A DNA stretch of 64,000 nt, from the NCBI RefSeq assembly GCF_032444005.1, contig NC_091290.1, forward strand, positions 35,960,001 through 36,024,000, in the 5' to 3' direction. The position numbers and the translations under genes are program-made. Position 1 is the stretch's first letter. Each line of letters starts with the position of its first letter. The notes below the pieces were generated by a model that saw only the letters and a program-made list of their open reading frames with translations, searched no databases and was not told where the DNA came from. This document shows positions 22,383 to 32,726 of this stretch, one piece after another. The DNA is from Ranitomeya imitator (lineage: Eukaryota).

Positions 22383-22740
22383 AAAGGGGTTTTCTACTTT
22401 TTTTTTGGACAACCGATTCTAGTAATCTAAAACAACAAAGACAATGATTGTACCCACACTCCCCGAATCCAGCGCCCAGCCGCTACATAGTGACTACAAC
22501 CATAAAATCATGTCGAGAGCGTACGTCACTGCTGCAGACAGTCACTGAATCCGTCAGCCCTGCTAATGTAGACAGTACAAAGTTGATTGCCTGCAGCGGT
22601 GATGTGCTACAGTCAGCGCAGAGTCCAGAGCAGCAGCAGAGAGCGGGACCTGGGGAGGATTAATACTAGCTCATGTTCTTATTTTAAATTACTCGAATTG
22701 ATTGGGGACCACTTTTCTAAAAGTGGAAAAACCCCTTTAA
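22383..22740. mobile_element. T2/Kolobok-like MITE
   Basis: AAAGGGGTTTTCTACTTT ... AAAGTGGAAAAACCCCTTTAA inverted ends. Confidence 0.65.
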
Positions 22741-23029
22741 TGCGCACACACCTTAGATAGAAACGCGCTGATAAAGATCTTTTCGTTAATGACCCCAAAC
22801 TCATCACAGACTACATGGTGGGCCATGTATATGGATACAGCTATAAAAAAAAAAAAAGGGGAATGGTTGGTGAGATCAACTTCCTCTTTGTGTTTGTGGC
22901 ACATTAGTATATGGGAGGGGGATACTTTTCAAGATGGGTGGTGACCATGGTGGCTATTTTGAATCCAACTTTATTTTTTCCAATGGGAGAAGGGTCGTGT
23001 GAAACATCAAACTTGAGAATTTCACAACA

Positions 23030-24260
23030 ATGGGGTGCTAGATTTTAACGTAACTTTAGGGGTATGATTGATTACAACGATTCCATCTTGAATTGTTTGT
23101 AGAGAACCTACAGATTTAGTGGTTTTAACTTGATCGTTCAGTATTCTCCTCCTGGCTTTTTCATGGAGAACAGACTTGAATAATGACCCTGATATTGTTG
23201 GGATTGTGGCACGTAAACCAACACTTCTAAGTCTATGAGGTGTTTTTACGTCTTTTAGGAGTTTTTGATGGACCCTTGGAGACTGGGCAGGTGTTAGGCA
23301 GAATATTTTGGGAAGCGTATGAGTGAATTCTATTCTGTGTCTCTTAGAGACTGCAGCATCCATTGATTCTCGGATATTCTTTGCCAACCCTCTAAGGAGT
23401 ATTGAAGCCTCCCCTGACATCATTGTCTCCCAGTGCCAGATCCCAGGTTGTGAAAGGAGCCTCTTCCTTTACCACTTTTGGGATAGCTCCATCTGCCTGA
23501 TTTCCCTTTGCCTATTTAGTCTTGCCTGGGATGAGAGTGATTTTTCCAAAAGGAAGGCATCTTCTTCAGTCCTTTAGGAAGCCCTTTTTTTTAGTATCTG
23601 AAACCTTCTCTGGCAGCTCATCCACGTCAGCCCAAACACCTGAAAGCCTGAAAAGGGGAATGGAGCATTGTTTGTTTTTATTTTATTTTTTTAGGGGGTA
23701 TCTCCTGACCGTGTTTTCAGCCATGGAGCCAGTCTTGCAGCACTGGATATTGCACTGTTCCTTGCCGCAAACCTGAACCGTCTGCCATGAAATCAGTTGC
23801 CATCTTCAGCAAGGACAGTGATCTCAATTTCTTCGCTAGGGGTTTTGCCCTTTGTGATTTTCCAACTTCTATACCCAGAGACTCTTTGACCTGGCCACCA
23901 AAGTGGCAGCTCTATTTGTCTTAATGATGGCCGAGGAGGATTCCCATGTTTTTTTAAATGAGGTCTTCTGATCTCTTATCCAGTGGATCCTTAAGACTAC
24001 AAGTCTTCGAAAGGAATTGGGAGGTTTTCCTAGCAACTCTGGCTACCGATATGTCAACCTTTAGGATTTCTTCCCATACTTTGATTTCTTATGGGTCAAA
24101 GGAAAATGAGACTTTAAATCCCTTGGTATAACTAGCTTTTGTTGTAGTACCCCAGAAACGTAACATTACAGGTGGCACATTTATTAGCTTTCTTTATAGT
24201 AGCTGAGGTGAATCATGTAGGCGCTTCCTGACCTTGAAGGTAAGGTAGCACTGCTTGCAT
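23030..24260 (-). pseudogene. Degraded second DIRS fragment (end of gag and start of RT)
   Basis: Minus-strand pieces read W..IPKVDISVARVA, LKDPLDKR, GKGKSGRWSYPKSGKGR and HRIEF, matching the intact DIRS ORF1 and ORF2, with frameshifts and stops. Confidence 0.75.
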
Positions 24261-24929
24261 TATCTAGGGATGGTTCTATGGACTAGATGTTACTGTTTAA
24301 CCTTTTGTTAACCATGCAACATTTTTTTTTTTTTTTTAGCGTTTGAATATTCTCAGTTTACCATATATCATTTTCTTTTCAGTTCTCTTTTCCCATTCTC
24401 TTCCTTAGTCCCTTCCCAGAATTTTCCACCCTTCTCATATGTTACTTAAAAAAAATAAATAAAAAATCCCCTTATAATTGTAATAATTCCCACAATAGAA
24501 ACAAAAACCAGAGCATTTTATATCAGTCACATGTAAGATGTTCGAACAAATCTCATCCACCTGCAGCAGAAGGTCTGTATGGCAAGTGACTTGGAGCAGA
24601 AAAAAAAAAGTTTATATAATTTTTTACATTTCTTAATCAACTTCTGTTGTAAATGCAGCTAATCATGATCTACGGCTCTTTAGAAAGCTCATGTTTCCAT
24701 TTTTTTTTTTTTATGAAAAACAGCTGGATGAGCAAAATATTCAGGTGATAAATTAATCTTTTGTGCGGTGCATTGTCCGGTGTGAACCTATGCAGCGATT
24801 AGATTGTTCGGGACACGTTTACCATGGTCTGTGTGTAAATAGGAAGTTAAAACGCCAACGTAATTTTGTCATTTAGCGGCTCTGTTGGATGAACCAGGTA
24901 AACTGACACCAAGGAAGAAGATACTTACA

Positions 24930-25195
24930 CGTTATTAAAAGAAATAAAGTCAAGTTTTAATTAGTGATATAAACACATCTTGTCATATAAAATCATAAGT
25001 CACCCAAATAGGGTCCATTAGGAATATTAAAATTTACATCTACATTTAGGGTTAAAAGGAAATAACTTAAACATTTATGTACATAAGCGCCATATGTTGA
25101 GGGGTGGGGGTAGGGATAAAAGCTGATCCGATCCATCTTGGGTACAATGTGAAGAATTTATGATCAGTGCAAGGACCCCAGAACATTAGTCTTAA
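24930..25195 (-). promoter_or_regulatory. ZFP36L4: ZFP36L4 3' UTR with CPE-like elements and an ATTAAA poly(A) hexamer
   Basis: On the minus strand: UUUUAAU at 25032-25026, UUUUAU at 24992-24987, AUUAAA at 24961-24956. Confidence 0.6.
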
Positions 25196-25972
25196 CTAGC
25201 CAAACACATGGCAATCCTGCGAGTTCTCCTCCTCGGAGAGGTTCGGACCATTTACCGTGAGGTTTTCTTCCCCCAGGATCTGGAGCTTCAGTGCAAGTGG
25301 TAAGAGCAAGTTGGAAAAGTTAAAGGCATTGTTGGCCGACTCACTGAAGACGTCGTTCCCGGTATCGGCGTCCGATTCTGACGGTGAAAGGGAGCCACTT
25401 CCAGCATTACTTCCCGCTCCCCAGCGGTCTGGAGGTGGGGTGTGCTTAAACAGGCAGTGGACACCGTAGGGACAGACCCCGAGGGCTGCAAAGTGACGGC
25501 ATACGTCGCGAACAGAATTTGGGTGCTGGAAGAGGCAATTTGAGCCATAAGGGCAACCTGCAGGCGAGCGCCAGAGGCGGCACTGCTTCTTACTGTAGAA
25601 TGGCGTGGGGCGACGCTGCCGGAGACGAATCGTGTCCGGTACTTCCCTCCGCTCGCTATGGCTGTGAACGAACAGGCAACGCGGACCATAGCTGCAGGTC
25701 CCAAGGATGTGGAAAGAGCGACAGAGCTCAGTCTTATATTTTGGGTGCTGGAACGGTGGTCGGAGATCGCTCAGGCCATGGGCAAATTGGCAGCGATTTT
25801 TATAAGCACAAAAACCGTTTTCAGCATATCGATTGCAAAGCTCAGTCTTGTAGCGCAAGGAGGAAAGTCCCATGCCTTTGGGCGCAGTGCAGGAGGAAGG
25901 AAACAGAGCGTCACCCAAAGGTGGGCTCATGGAGGAGAAGATATCCAGCCTGTCCGAGAACTCCAGAAACAT
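25196..25972 (-). CDS. ZFP36L4: ZFP36L4 / C3H-4 (cth1-like) maternal CCCH tandem zinc-finger RNA-binding protein, main coding exon (258 aa)
   Basis: Two YKTEL-led Cx8Cx5Cx3H fingers with the canonical 18-aa linker, plus two further Cx8Cx5Cx3H fingers 7 aa apart. Strong resemblance to Xenopus C3H-4 as recalled (SLSSLRYKTELC, DRWG.G..SGSLSPS, NNAF.FS.LLLPLAL.LQILG). A poly-T tract and cag acceptor lie immediately before the ATG. Confidence 0.93.
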   Translation of the reverse strand: MFLEFSDRLDIFSSMSPPLGDALFPSSCTAPKGMGLSSLRYKTELCNRYAENGFCAYKNRCQFAHGLSDLRPPFQHPKYKTELCRSFHILGTCSYGPRCLFVHSHSERREVPDTIRLRQRRPTPFYSKKQCRLWRSPAGCPYGSNCLFQHPNSVRDVCRHFAALGVCPYGVHCLFKHTPPPDRWGAGSNAGSGSLSPSESDADTGNDVFSESANNAFNFSNLLLPLALKLQILGEENLTVNGPNLSEEENSQDCHVFG

Positions 25973-26284
25973 CTGTCAAGAAAAAAAAAAAAAAAAGTCA
26001 AATACAGAAGGATGCATCAAGACAAGAGCATTTCTTACATCAGACACGTTGCAGAGGCCTGCACTACATATTACACCTAATATAACCTCATGTTCCTTGC
26101 ATTTAATGGACAAAAGACAAACCTTTATATATAAAAAAAAAAAAATTCAGTGTTGGACCAGACATCTCAGGGTACATGCAAGAGGATCAACATTGGCCAA
26201 GCACTATGTGGGATATTAAACTACATAAAGCAGAGTGCAGGCACCACTCCTGGAGCAGAACAATATTGTATCATACAATTATTA

Positions 26285-26380
26285 GGTTCTGTAGAAGGAC
26301 GTAGATCTGGGGATTTATTATGATGGAATATAGGCTGAACTGGATGGACAAATGTATTTTTTCGGCCTTACTAGGTTACC
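26285..26380 (+). mobile_element. LINE (CR1-like) 3' end fragment
   Basis: GGAATATAGGCTGAACTGGATGGACAAATG..TTTTTCGGCCTTACTA resembles CR1 3' tails (recalled). Confidence 0.4.
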
Positions 26381-27396
26381 ATGGGGGTTGTTGGGCATCA
26401 TTATTGCACCAGCAAAGTGGCAGTGGGCTTTTACAAATTGATCAAAATAACTACGTTCTTGTTCACAAGTTTTAGACCTTCCTTTGCTGACAAGTTGAGG
26501 TAAAATATTTAGAAATTGTTTCAGCTCAATTACTCGGGTTTTGTATTTACCTGTTTTTTTTTTTTTGGGTGGTCATCCATTTTCCAGGTGAAAAAAAAAA
26601 TAAAAATAAAGGGTGTGTTCTGTGAAAAGTAGACTTGTGAATGAGGTCTAATCAATACTCAGCTACAGGCAACTATCGGAATCCAGCACAGGATGCCAGA
26701 GGAAGAAGGAGACACCACCTTCACCAGGATCATTATGGCCAGTGATTGGCTGCAGCAGTCATGTGACAAACTACACATCAATGGCCAGGGTGGTCCCTTT
26801 ACTGCTAGTGCAGTGGTTATATCCCCTCCTGCCTCAGTGCAAGCCGTGGTGTGGCCTGTGCCGGATCCCGTTGGTGCTTGTGAGTATTGGTTTGTCAGTT
26901 TATTTCTGACCCCTTTAAGTCTCTGGAGAACTTACATTTTCATTGCACAGTCATCCTATTGAGTTTGCAGCCCCCACCCTTAGAGACCACTTGAGAATTG
27001 GCAAAAAATTATGAAGGGTTACTCATCTTTAAGTTTACATTATTGGTGATAAACGGGGATCCGTACATTCATAAATAAGACCCCTGCCGACCTAGGGACA
27101 GCCAGAAGGAGCCAAGTATAGCTGTCAGGTGACCACCACTATAGAACTATGTAGGAAGGAACTCCCAAAAATAGGGATAAGTCTTGGAGAATTAAAGAGA
27201 TGCATTACCAGCCACAGCACCAAGCCCCTTATGTCACATGTACAATACAGAACAGAGAGGAATCTACATAAACACAGAGGACCACAATGCAACAAAACCT
27301 ATGCAGAAAAGGAGGAGTCCTCCAAGCATAGATCATATGATGAGCAATTTATTGGAAAAAATTAGAAGAAAAATGTGGACATGTAAACAGATCATA

Positions 27397-27772
27397 CAGG
27401 AAATGGAATCAAGCAAACACTGGACAGATGGTGAGGTTATATCCAATATAAACTAATTCAAAGTGCATGAGGTGGAGAATAATAATCTTAAGGTGCAAAG
27501 TGTAAACAATTAAAGTACAAAGGAAACAAACTGGACAGTGCTGGGATCTGTCTCCTAATGAGATTTACTAATTATTAGACATGCATTGTAAATCTCATTA
27601 GTAGACGCCAGAGCCCAGCATTGTCCAGTTTGTTTGTATCCTCTGTACTTTAATGGTTCACACTTTGCACATTAAGATATTATTGTTCACCTCATGCATT
27701 TGTCCATTTGAGTTATTTATATTGGATATAACCTCACCATCTGCCCAGTGTTTGTTTGATCCCATTTCCTGT
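27397..27772. repeat. ~375-bp imperfect palindrome in the ZFP36L4 intron
   Basis: CAGGAAATGGAATCAAGCAAACACTGGACAGATGGTGAGG is the inverse of CCTCACCATCTGCCCAGTGTTTGTTTGATCCCATTTCCTG. Confidence 0.8.
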
Positions 27773-28097
27773 CTGGGATGTTTATATCCATTTTTTTTTA
27801 ATCAAATTGTGTTCCAATAAAAGTTATTTAGCCAAATGATCTGATTGGAGGCCTCCTTCCTATGTAGGATACATAGTCACAGCAGAGCCCATAGATAGCA
27901 CAGGGCACAGACCTGCTGTGTTACATTAAGCCTCACATTCTACAGTTACAGCTAGAAACGTGTACAGGAAACTCCGCTGTATAAGCACAACACGCATCTA
28001 CAACAGTGCCCCCATGACAGTTCTTCCTGGCACGGCAGTAGGTGAGGACAGCCGCTGCGCTATAATGGGGTCACCGGTCACGCTATACCGCTCTCAC

Positions 28098-28121
28098 CTT
28101 GGCCTCCTCCTTCAGGTCCAT
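28098..28121 (-). CDS. ZFP36L4: Putative ZFP36L4 exon 1 (MDLKEEAK); would give a 266-aa protein
   Basis: CAAGATGG Kozak context, AAG/gtgaga donor, phase 0 matching the acceptor at 25973. It parallels the 8-codon MDLTAIYE first exon of ZFP36. Confidence 0.65.
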
Positions 28122-28169
28122 CTTGCACCAGTCTGGATGATCGGTCACTCTCTGACCAGTCCGGCTGCT

Positions 28170-28460
28170 CCCAGATATTTAATACAAACGATCCTCCAAT
28201 CAGAAAACAGGGGAGAGGCGTGGTTTAGAGGAAAACAAGTAGCTGATTGGCTGGAGTGAAGGCGGGAAATTTAATTTCCGTCACCTGTGTGCGGGATGCG
28301 CCGCAGAACCAGCGCTGGACCCGGCCGTCACTGCTGCGTCCTGCCTAACGGCATGTCGTAATCTTCCTCCTCACCCAGCCCCGACCACAGTGACCCTACA
28401 CAGACAGCACATTATAGAGGAGCAGAGATGAGAAGGCGCCAGTCCGGTCCGGTTCCTGCC
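28170..28460 (-). promoter_or_regulatory. ZFP36L4: Putative ZFP36L4 promoter: TATA-like TATTAAAT (28184-28177), CCAAT (28250-28246), GC/CpG-rich upstream region
   Basis: Motif order and spacing relative to the putative exon 1. Confidence 0.55.
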
Positions 28461-28661
28461 GGATCCTTGCTGGTTCACACACTGCGTTTTGGGTGCAGAT
28501 TATATGCATGTAAAATTAGCAGCATGAGAATGAGAGTTAACATAAAGGGGTTGTGAAAATCAGTTATCACCCAATAATTTATAGTAGGAGTCTGATTGCT
28601 GGGGTCTGCACAGATTGTCGGAAATGGGCAATTTTATCACCATTATAATGATGCACAACTG

Positions 28662-31210
28662 GCGCTGCACTCATCCTCTGTGCGCTGCACTCATCCTCTG
28701 TGTACTGCACTCATCCTCTGTGCGCTGCATTCATCCTCTGTGTACTGCACTCATCCTCTGTGTGCTGCACTCATCCTCTGTGTGCTGCACTCATCCTCTG
28801 TGCTGCATTCATCCTCTGTGCGCTGCATTCATCCTCTGTGCGCTGCACTCATCCTCTGTGCGCTGCACTCATCCTCTGTGTGCTGCACTCATCCTCTGTG
28901 CTGCATTCATCCTCTGTGCGCTGCACTCATCCTCTGTGTGCTGCACTCATCCTCTGTGTACTGCACTCATCCTCTGTGTGCTGCACTCATCCTCTGTGCT
29001 GCATTCATCCTCTGTGCGCTGCACTCATCCTCTGTGTGCTGCACTCATCCTCTGTGTACTGCACTCATCCTCTGTGTACTGCACTCATCCTCTGTGCTGC
29101 ATTCATCCTCTGTGCGCTGCATTCATCCTCTGTGCGCTGCACTCATCCTCTGTGTGCTGCACTCATCCTCTGTGCTGCATTCATCCTCTGTGCTGCATTC
29201 ATCCTCTGTGCGCTGCACTCATCCTCTGTGTGCTGCACTCATCCTCTGTGTACTGCATTCATCCTCTGTGCGCTGCATTCATCCTCTGTGCGCTGCATTC
29301 ATCCTCTGTGCGCTGCATTCATCCTCTGTGCGCTGCATTCATCCTCTGTGTGCTGCACTCATCCTCTGTGTACTGCATTCATCCTCTGTGCTCCACTCAT
29401 CCTCTGCTGCACGCATCCTCTGTGTGCTGCACTCATCCTCTGTGCTGCATTCATCCTCTGTGCTGCATTCATCCTCTGTGCGCTGCATTCATCCTCTGTG
29501 CGTTGCACTCATCCTCTGTGTACTGCACTCATTCTCTGTGCTGCATTCATCCTCTGTGAACTGCATTCATCCTCTGTGCGCTGCATTCATCCTCTGTGTA
29601 ATGCACTCATCCTCTGTGTACTGCATTCATCCTCTGTGCTGCACTCATCCTCTGCTGCACGCATCCTCTGTGTGCTGCACTCATCCTCTGCTGCACGCAT
29701 CCTCTGTGTGCTGCACTCATCCTTTGCTGCACGCATCCTCTGTGTGCGCTGTACTCATCCTCTGTGCTGCACTCATCCTCTGCGCTGCATTCATCCTCTG
29801 TGCTGCACTCATCCTCTGCTGCACGCATCCTCTGTGTGCTGCACTCATCCTCTGCGTGCTGCACTCATCCTCTGTGCGCTGCATTCATCCTCTGCTGCAC
29901 TCATCCTCTGTGTACTACACTAATCCCCTGCGTGCTGCACTAATCCTCTGTGCTGCATTCATCCTCTGCTGCACTCATCCTCTGCGTGCTGCACTCATCC
30001 TCTGTACGCTGCATTCATCCTCTGTGCTGCATTCATCCTCTGCTGCACTCATCCTCTGTGTGTGCTGTACTCATCCTTTGTGCTGCACTCATCCTCTGTG
30101 CGCTGCATTCATCCTCTGCTGCACTAATCCTCTGCGTGCTGCACTAATCCTCTGTGCTGCACTAATCCTCTGCTGCATTCATCCTCTGCTGTACTCATCC
30201 TCTGTGTGCGCTGTACTCATCCTCTGTGTACTGCACTCATCCTCTGTGCTGCACTCATCCTCTGCTGCACGCATCCTCTGTGTGCTGCACTCATCCTCTG
30301 TGCTGCATTCATCCTCTGTGCTGCATTCATCCTCTGTGCGCTGCATTCATCCTCTGTGTACTGCACTCATTCTCTGTGTACTGCATTCATCCTCTGTGCT
30401 GCATTCATCCTCTGTGCTGCATTCATCCTCTGTGTGTTGCATTCATCCTCTGTGCACTGCATTCATCCTCTGTGCGCTGCATTCATCCTCTGTGTGCTGC
30501 ACTCATCCTCTGTGTACTGCATTCATCCTCTGTGCTGCACTCATCCTCTGCTGCACGCATCCTCTGTGTGCTGCACTCATCCTCTGCTGCACGCATCCTC
30601 TGTGTGCGCTGTACTCATCCTCTGTGCTGCACTCATCCTCTGCGCTGCATTCATCCTCTGTGCTGCACTCATCCTCTGCTGCACGCATCCTCTGTGTGCT
30701 GCACTCATCCTCTGCGTGCTGCACTCATCCTCTGCGTGCTGCACTCATCCTCTGTGCGCTGCATTCATCCTCTGCTGCACTCATCCTCTGTGTACTGCAC
30801 TAATCCCCTGCGTGCTGCACTAATCCTCTGTGCTGCATTCATCCTCTGCTGCACTCATCCTCTGCGTGCTGCACTCATCCTCTGTACGCTGCATTCATCC
30901 TCTGTGCTGCATTCATCCTCTGCTGCACTCATCCTCTGTGTGTGCTGTACTCATCCTTTGTGCTGCACTCATCCTCTGTGCGCTGCATTCATCCTCTGCT
31001 GCACTAATCCTCTGCGTGCTGCACTAATCCTCTGTGCTGCACTAATCCTCTGCTGCATTCATCCTCTGCTGTACTCATCCTCTGTGTGCGCTGTACTCAT
31101 CCTCTGTGTACTGCACTCATCCTCTGTGCCGCACTCATCCTCTGTGCTGCACTCATCCTCTGTGTGCGCTGTACTCATCCTCTATGCTGTATTCATCCTC
31201 TCTGTGCGCT
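28662..31210. repeat. 18-22-bp minisatellite (CTGCA[CT]TCATCCTCTG[TG]..) with an 880-bp higher-order duplication
   Basis: Direct reading; rare variants recur at 29921/30801 and 29941/30821. Confidence 0.97.
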
Positions 31211-32726
31211 GAATGCTGCATCCTAATAGGGAGACAAACTCCAGGTTCTGCTGATCTCATAGGTCAGACCTCCACCAATGTATATGCCCAGCCCAGAATC
31301 TCCAGATGTACAGTATATGCCCCGGCCCAGCATCTCCAGATGTATATGCCCCAGCCCAGTGTCTCCAAATGTATATGCCCCAGCCCAGCATCTCCAAATG
31401 TATATGCCCCAGCCCAGCATCTCCAAATGTATATGCCCCTGCCCAGAATCTCCAGATGTACAGTATATGCCCCTGCCCAGTGTCTCCAGATGTATATGCC
31501 CCGGCCCAGCATCTCCAGATGTATATGCCCCTGCCCAGAATCTCCAGATGTACAGTATATGCCCCAGCCCAGCATCTCCAGATGTATATGCCCCTGCCCA
31601 GAATCTCCAGATGTACAGTATATGCCCCTGCCCAGAATCTCCAGATGTATATGCCCCGGCCCAGCATCTCCAGATGTATATGCCCCAGCCCAGCGTCTCC
31701 AGATATGTTTATGCCCCAGCCCAGCGTCTCTAGAGATGTAAATTTTCCAGCCGTGTCTCCAGAGATGTATATGCCCCAGCCCAGCGTCTCCAGAGATGTA
31801 TATGCCCCAGCCCAGCATCTCCAGAGATGTATATACCCCAGCCCAGTGTCTCCAGAGATGTATATACTCCAGCCCAGCGTCTCCAGAGATGTATATACTC
31901 CAGCCCAGCGTCTCCAGAGATGTATATTTTCCAGCCCAGCGTCTCCAGAGATGTATATGCCCCAGCCCAGCGTCTCCAGATATGTTTATGCCCTAGCCCA
32001 GCGTCTCCAGAGATGTATATTTTCCAGCCGTGCCTCCAGAGATGTATATACTCCAGCCCAGCATCTCCAGAGATGTATATGCCCCAGCCCAGTGTCTCCA
32101 GAGATGTATATGCCCCAGCCCAGTGTCTCCAGAGATGTATATGCCCCAGCCCAGTGTCTCCAGAGATGTATATACCCCAGCCCAGTGTCTCCAGAGATGT
32201 ATATGCCCCAGCCCAGCATCTCCAGAGATGTATATACCCCAGCCCAGTGTCTCCAGAGATGTATATACTCCAGCCCAGCGTCTCCAGAGATGTATATTTT
32301 CCAGCCCAGCGTCTCCAGAGATGTATATACCCCAGCCCAGCGTCTCCAGAGATGTATATGCTCCAGCCCAGCGTGTCCAGAGATGTATATGCCCCAGCCC
32401 AGCGTCTCCAGAGATGTATATGCCCCAGCCCAGTGTCTCCAGAGATGTATATGCCCCAGCCCAGCGTCTCCAGAAATGTATATACCCCAGCCCAGCGTCT
32501 CTAGAGATGTATATACTCCAGCCCAGCGTCTCCAGAGATGTATATTTTCCAGCCGTGTCTCCAGAGATGTATATACCCCAGCCCAGCATCTCCAGAGATG
32601 TATATGCCCCAGCCCAGCGTCTCCAGAGATGTATATGCCCCAGCCCAGCATCTCCAGAGATGTATATGCCCCAGCCCAGCATCTCCAGAGATGTATATGC
32701 CCCAGCCCAGCGTCTCCAGAGATGTA

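Noticed and set aside
23022-23423. ORF first suspected to be L1 ORF1
   Set aside because: Adjacent frames match the DIRS gag end and RT start instead.
25288-26085. Overlapping ORFs on both strands of C3H-4
   Set aside because: Shadow frames of a GC-rich coding exon; the same applies to antisense ORFs over Gypsy, Tc1, DIRS and ZBTB3.
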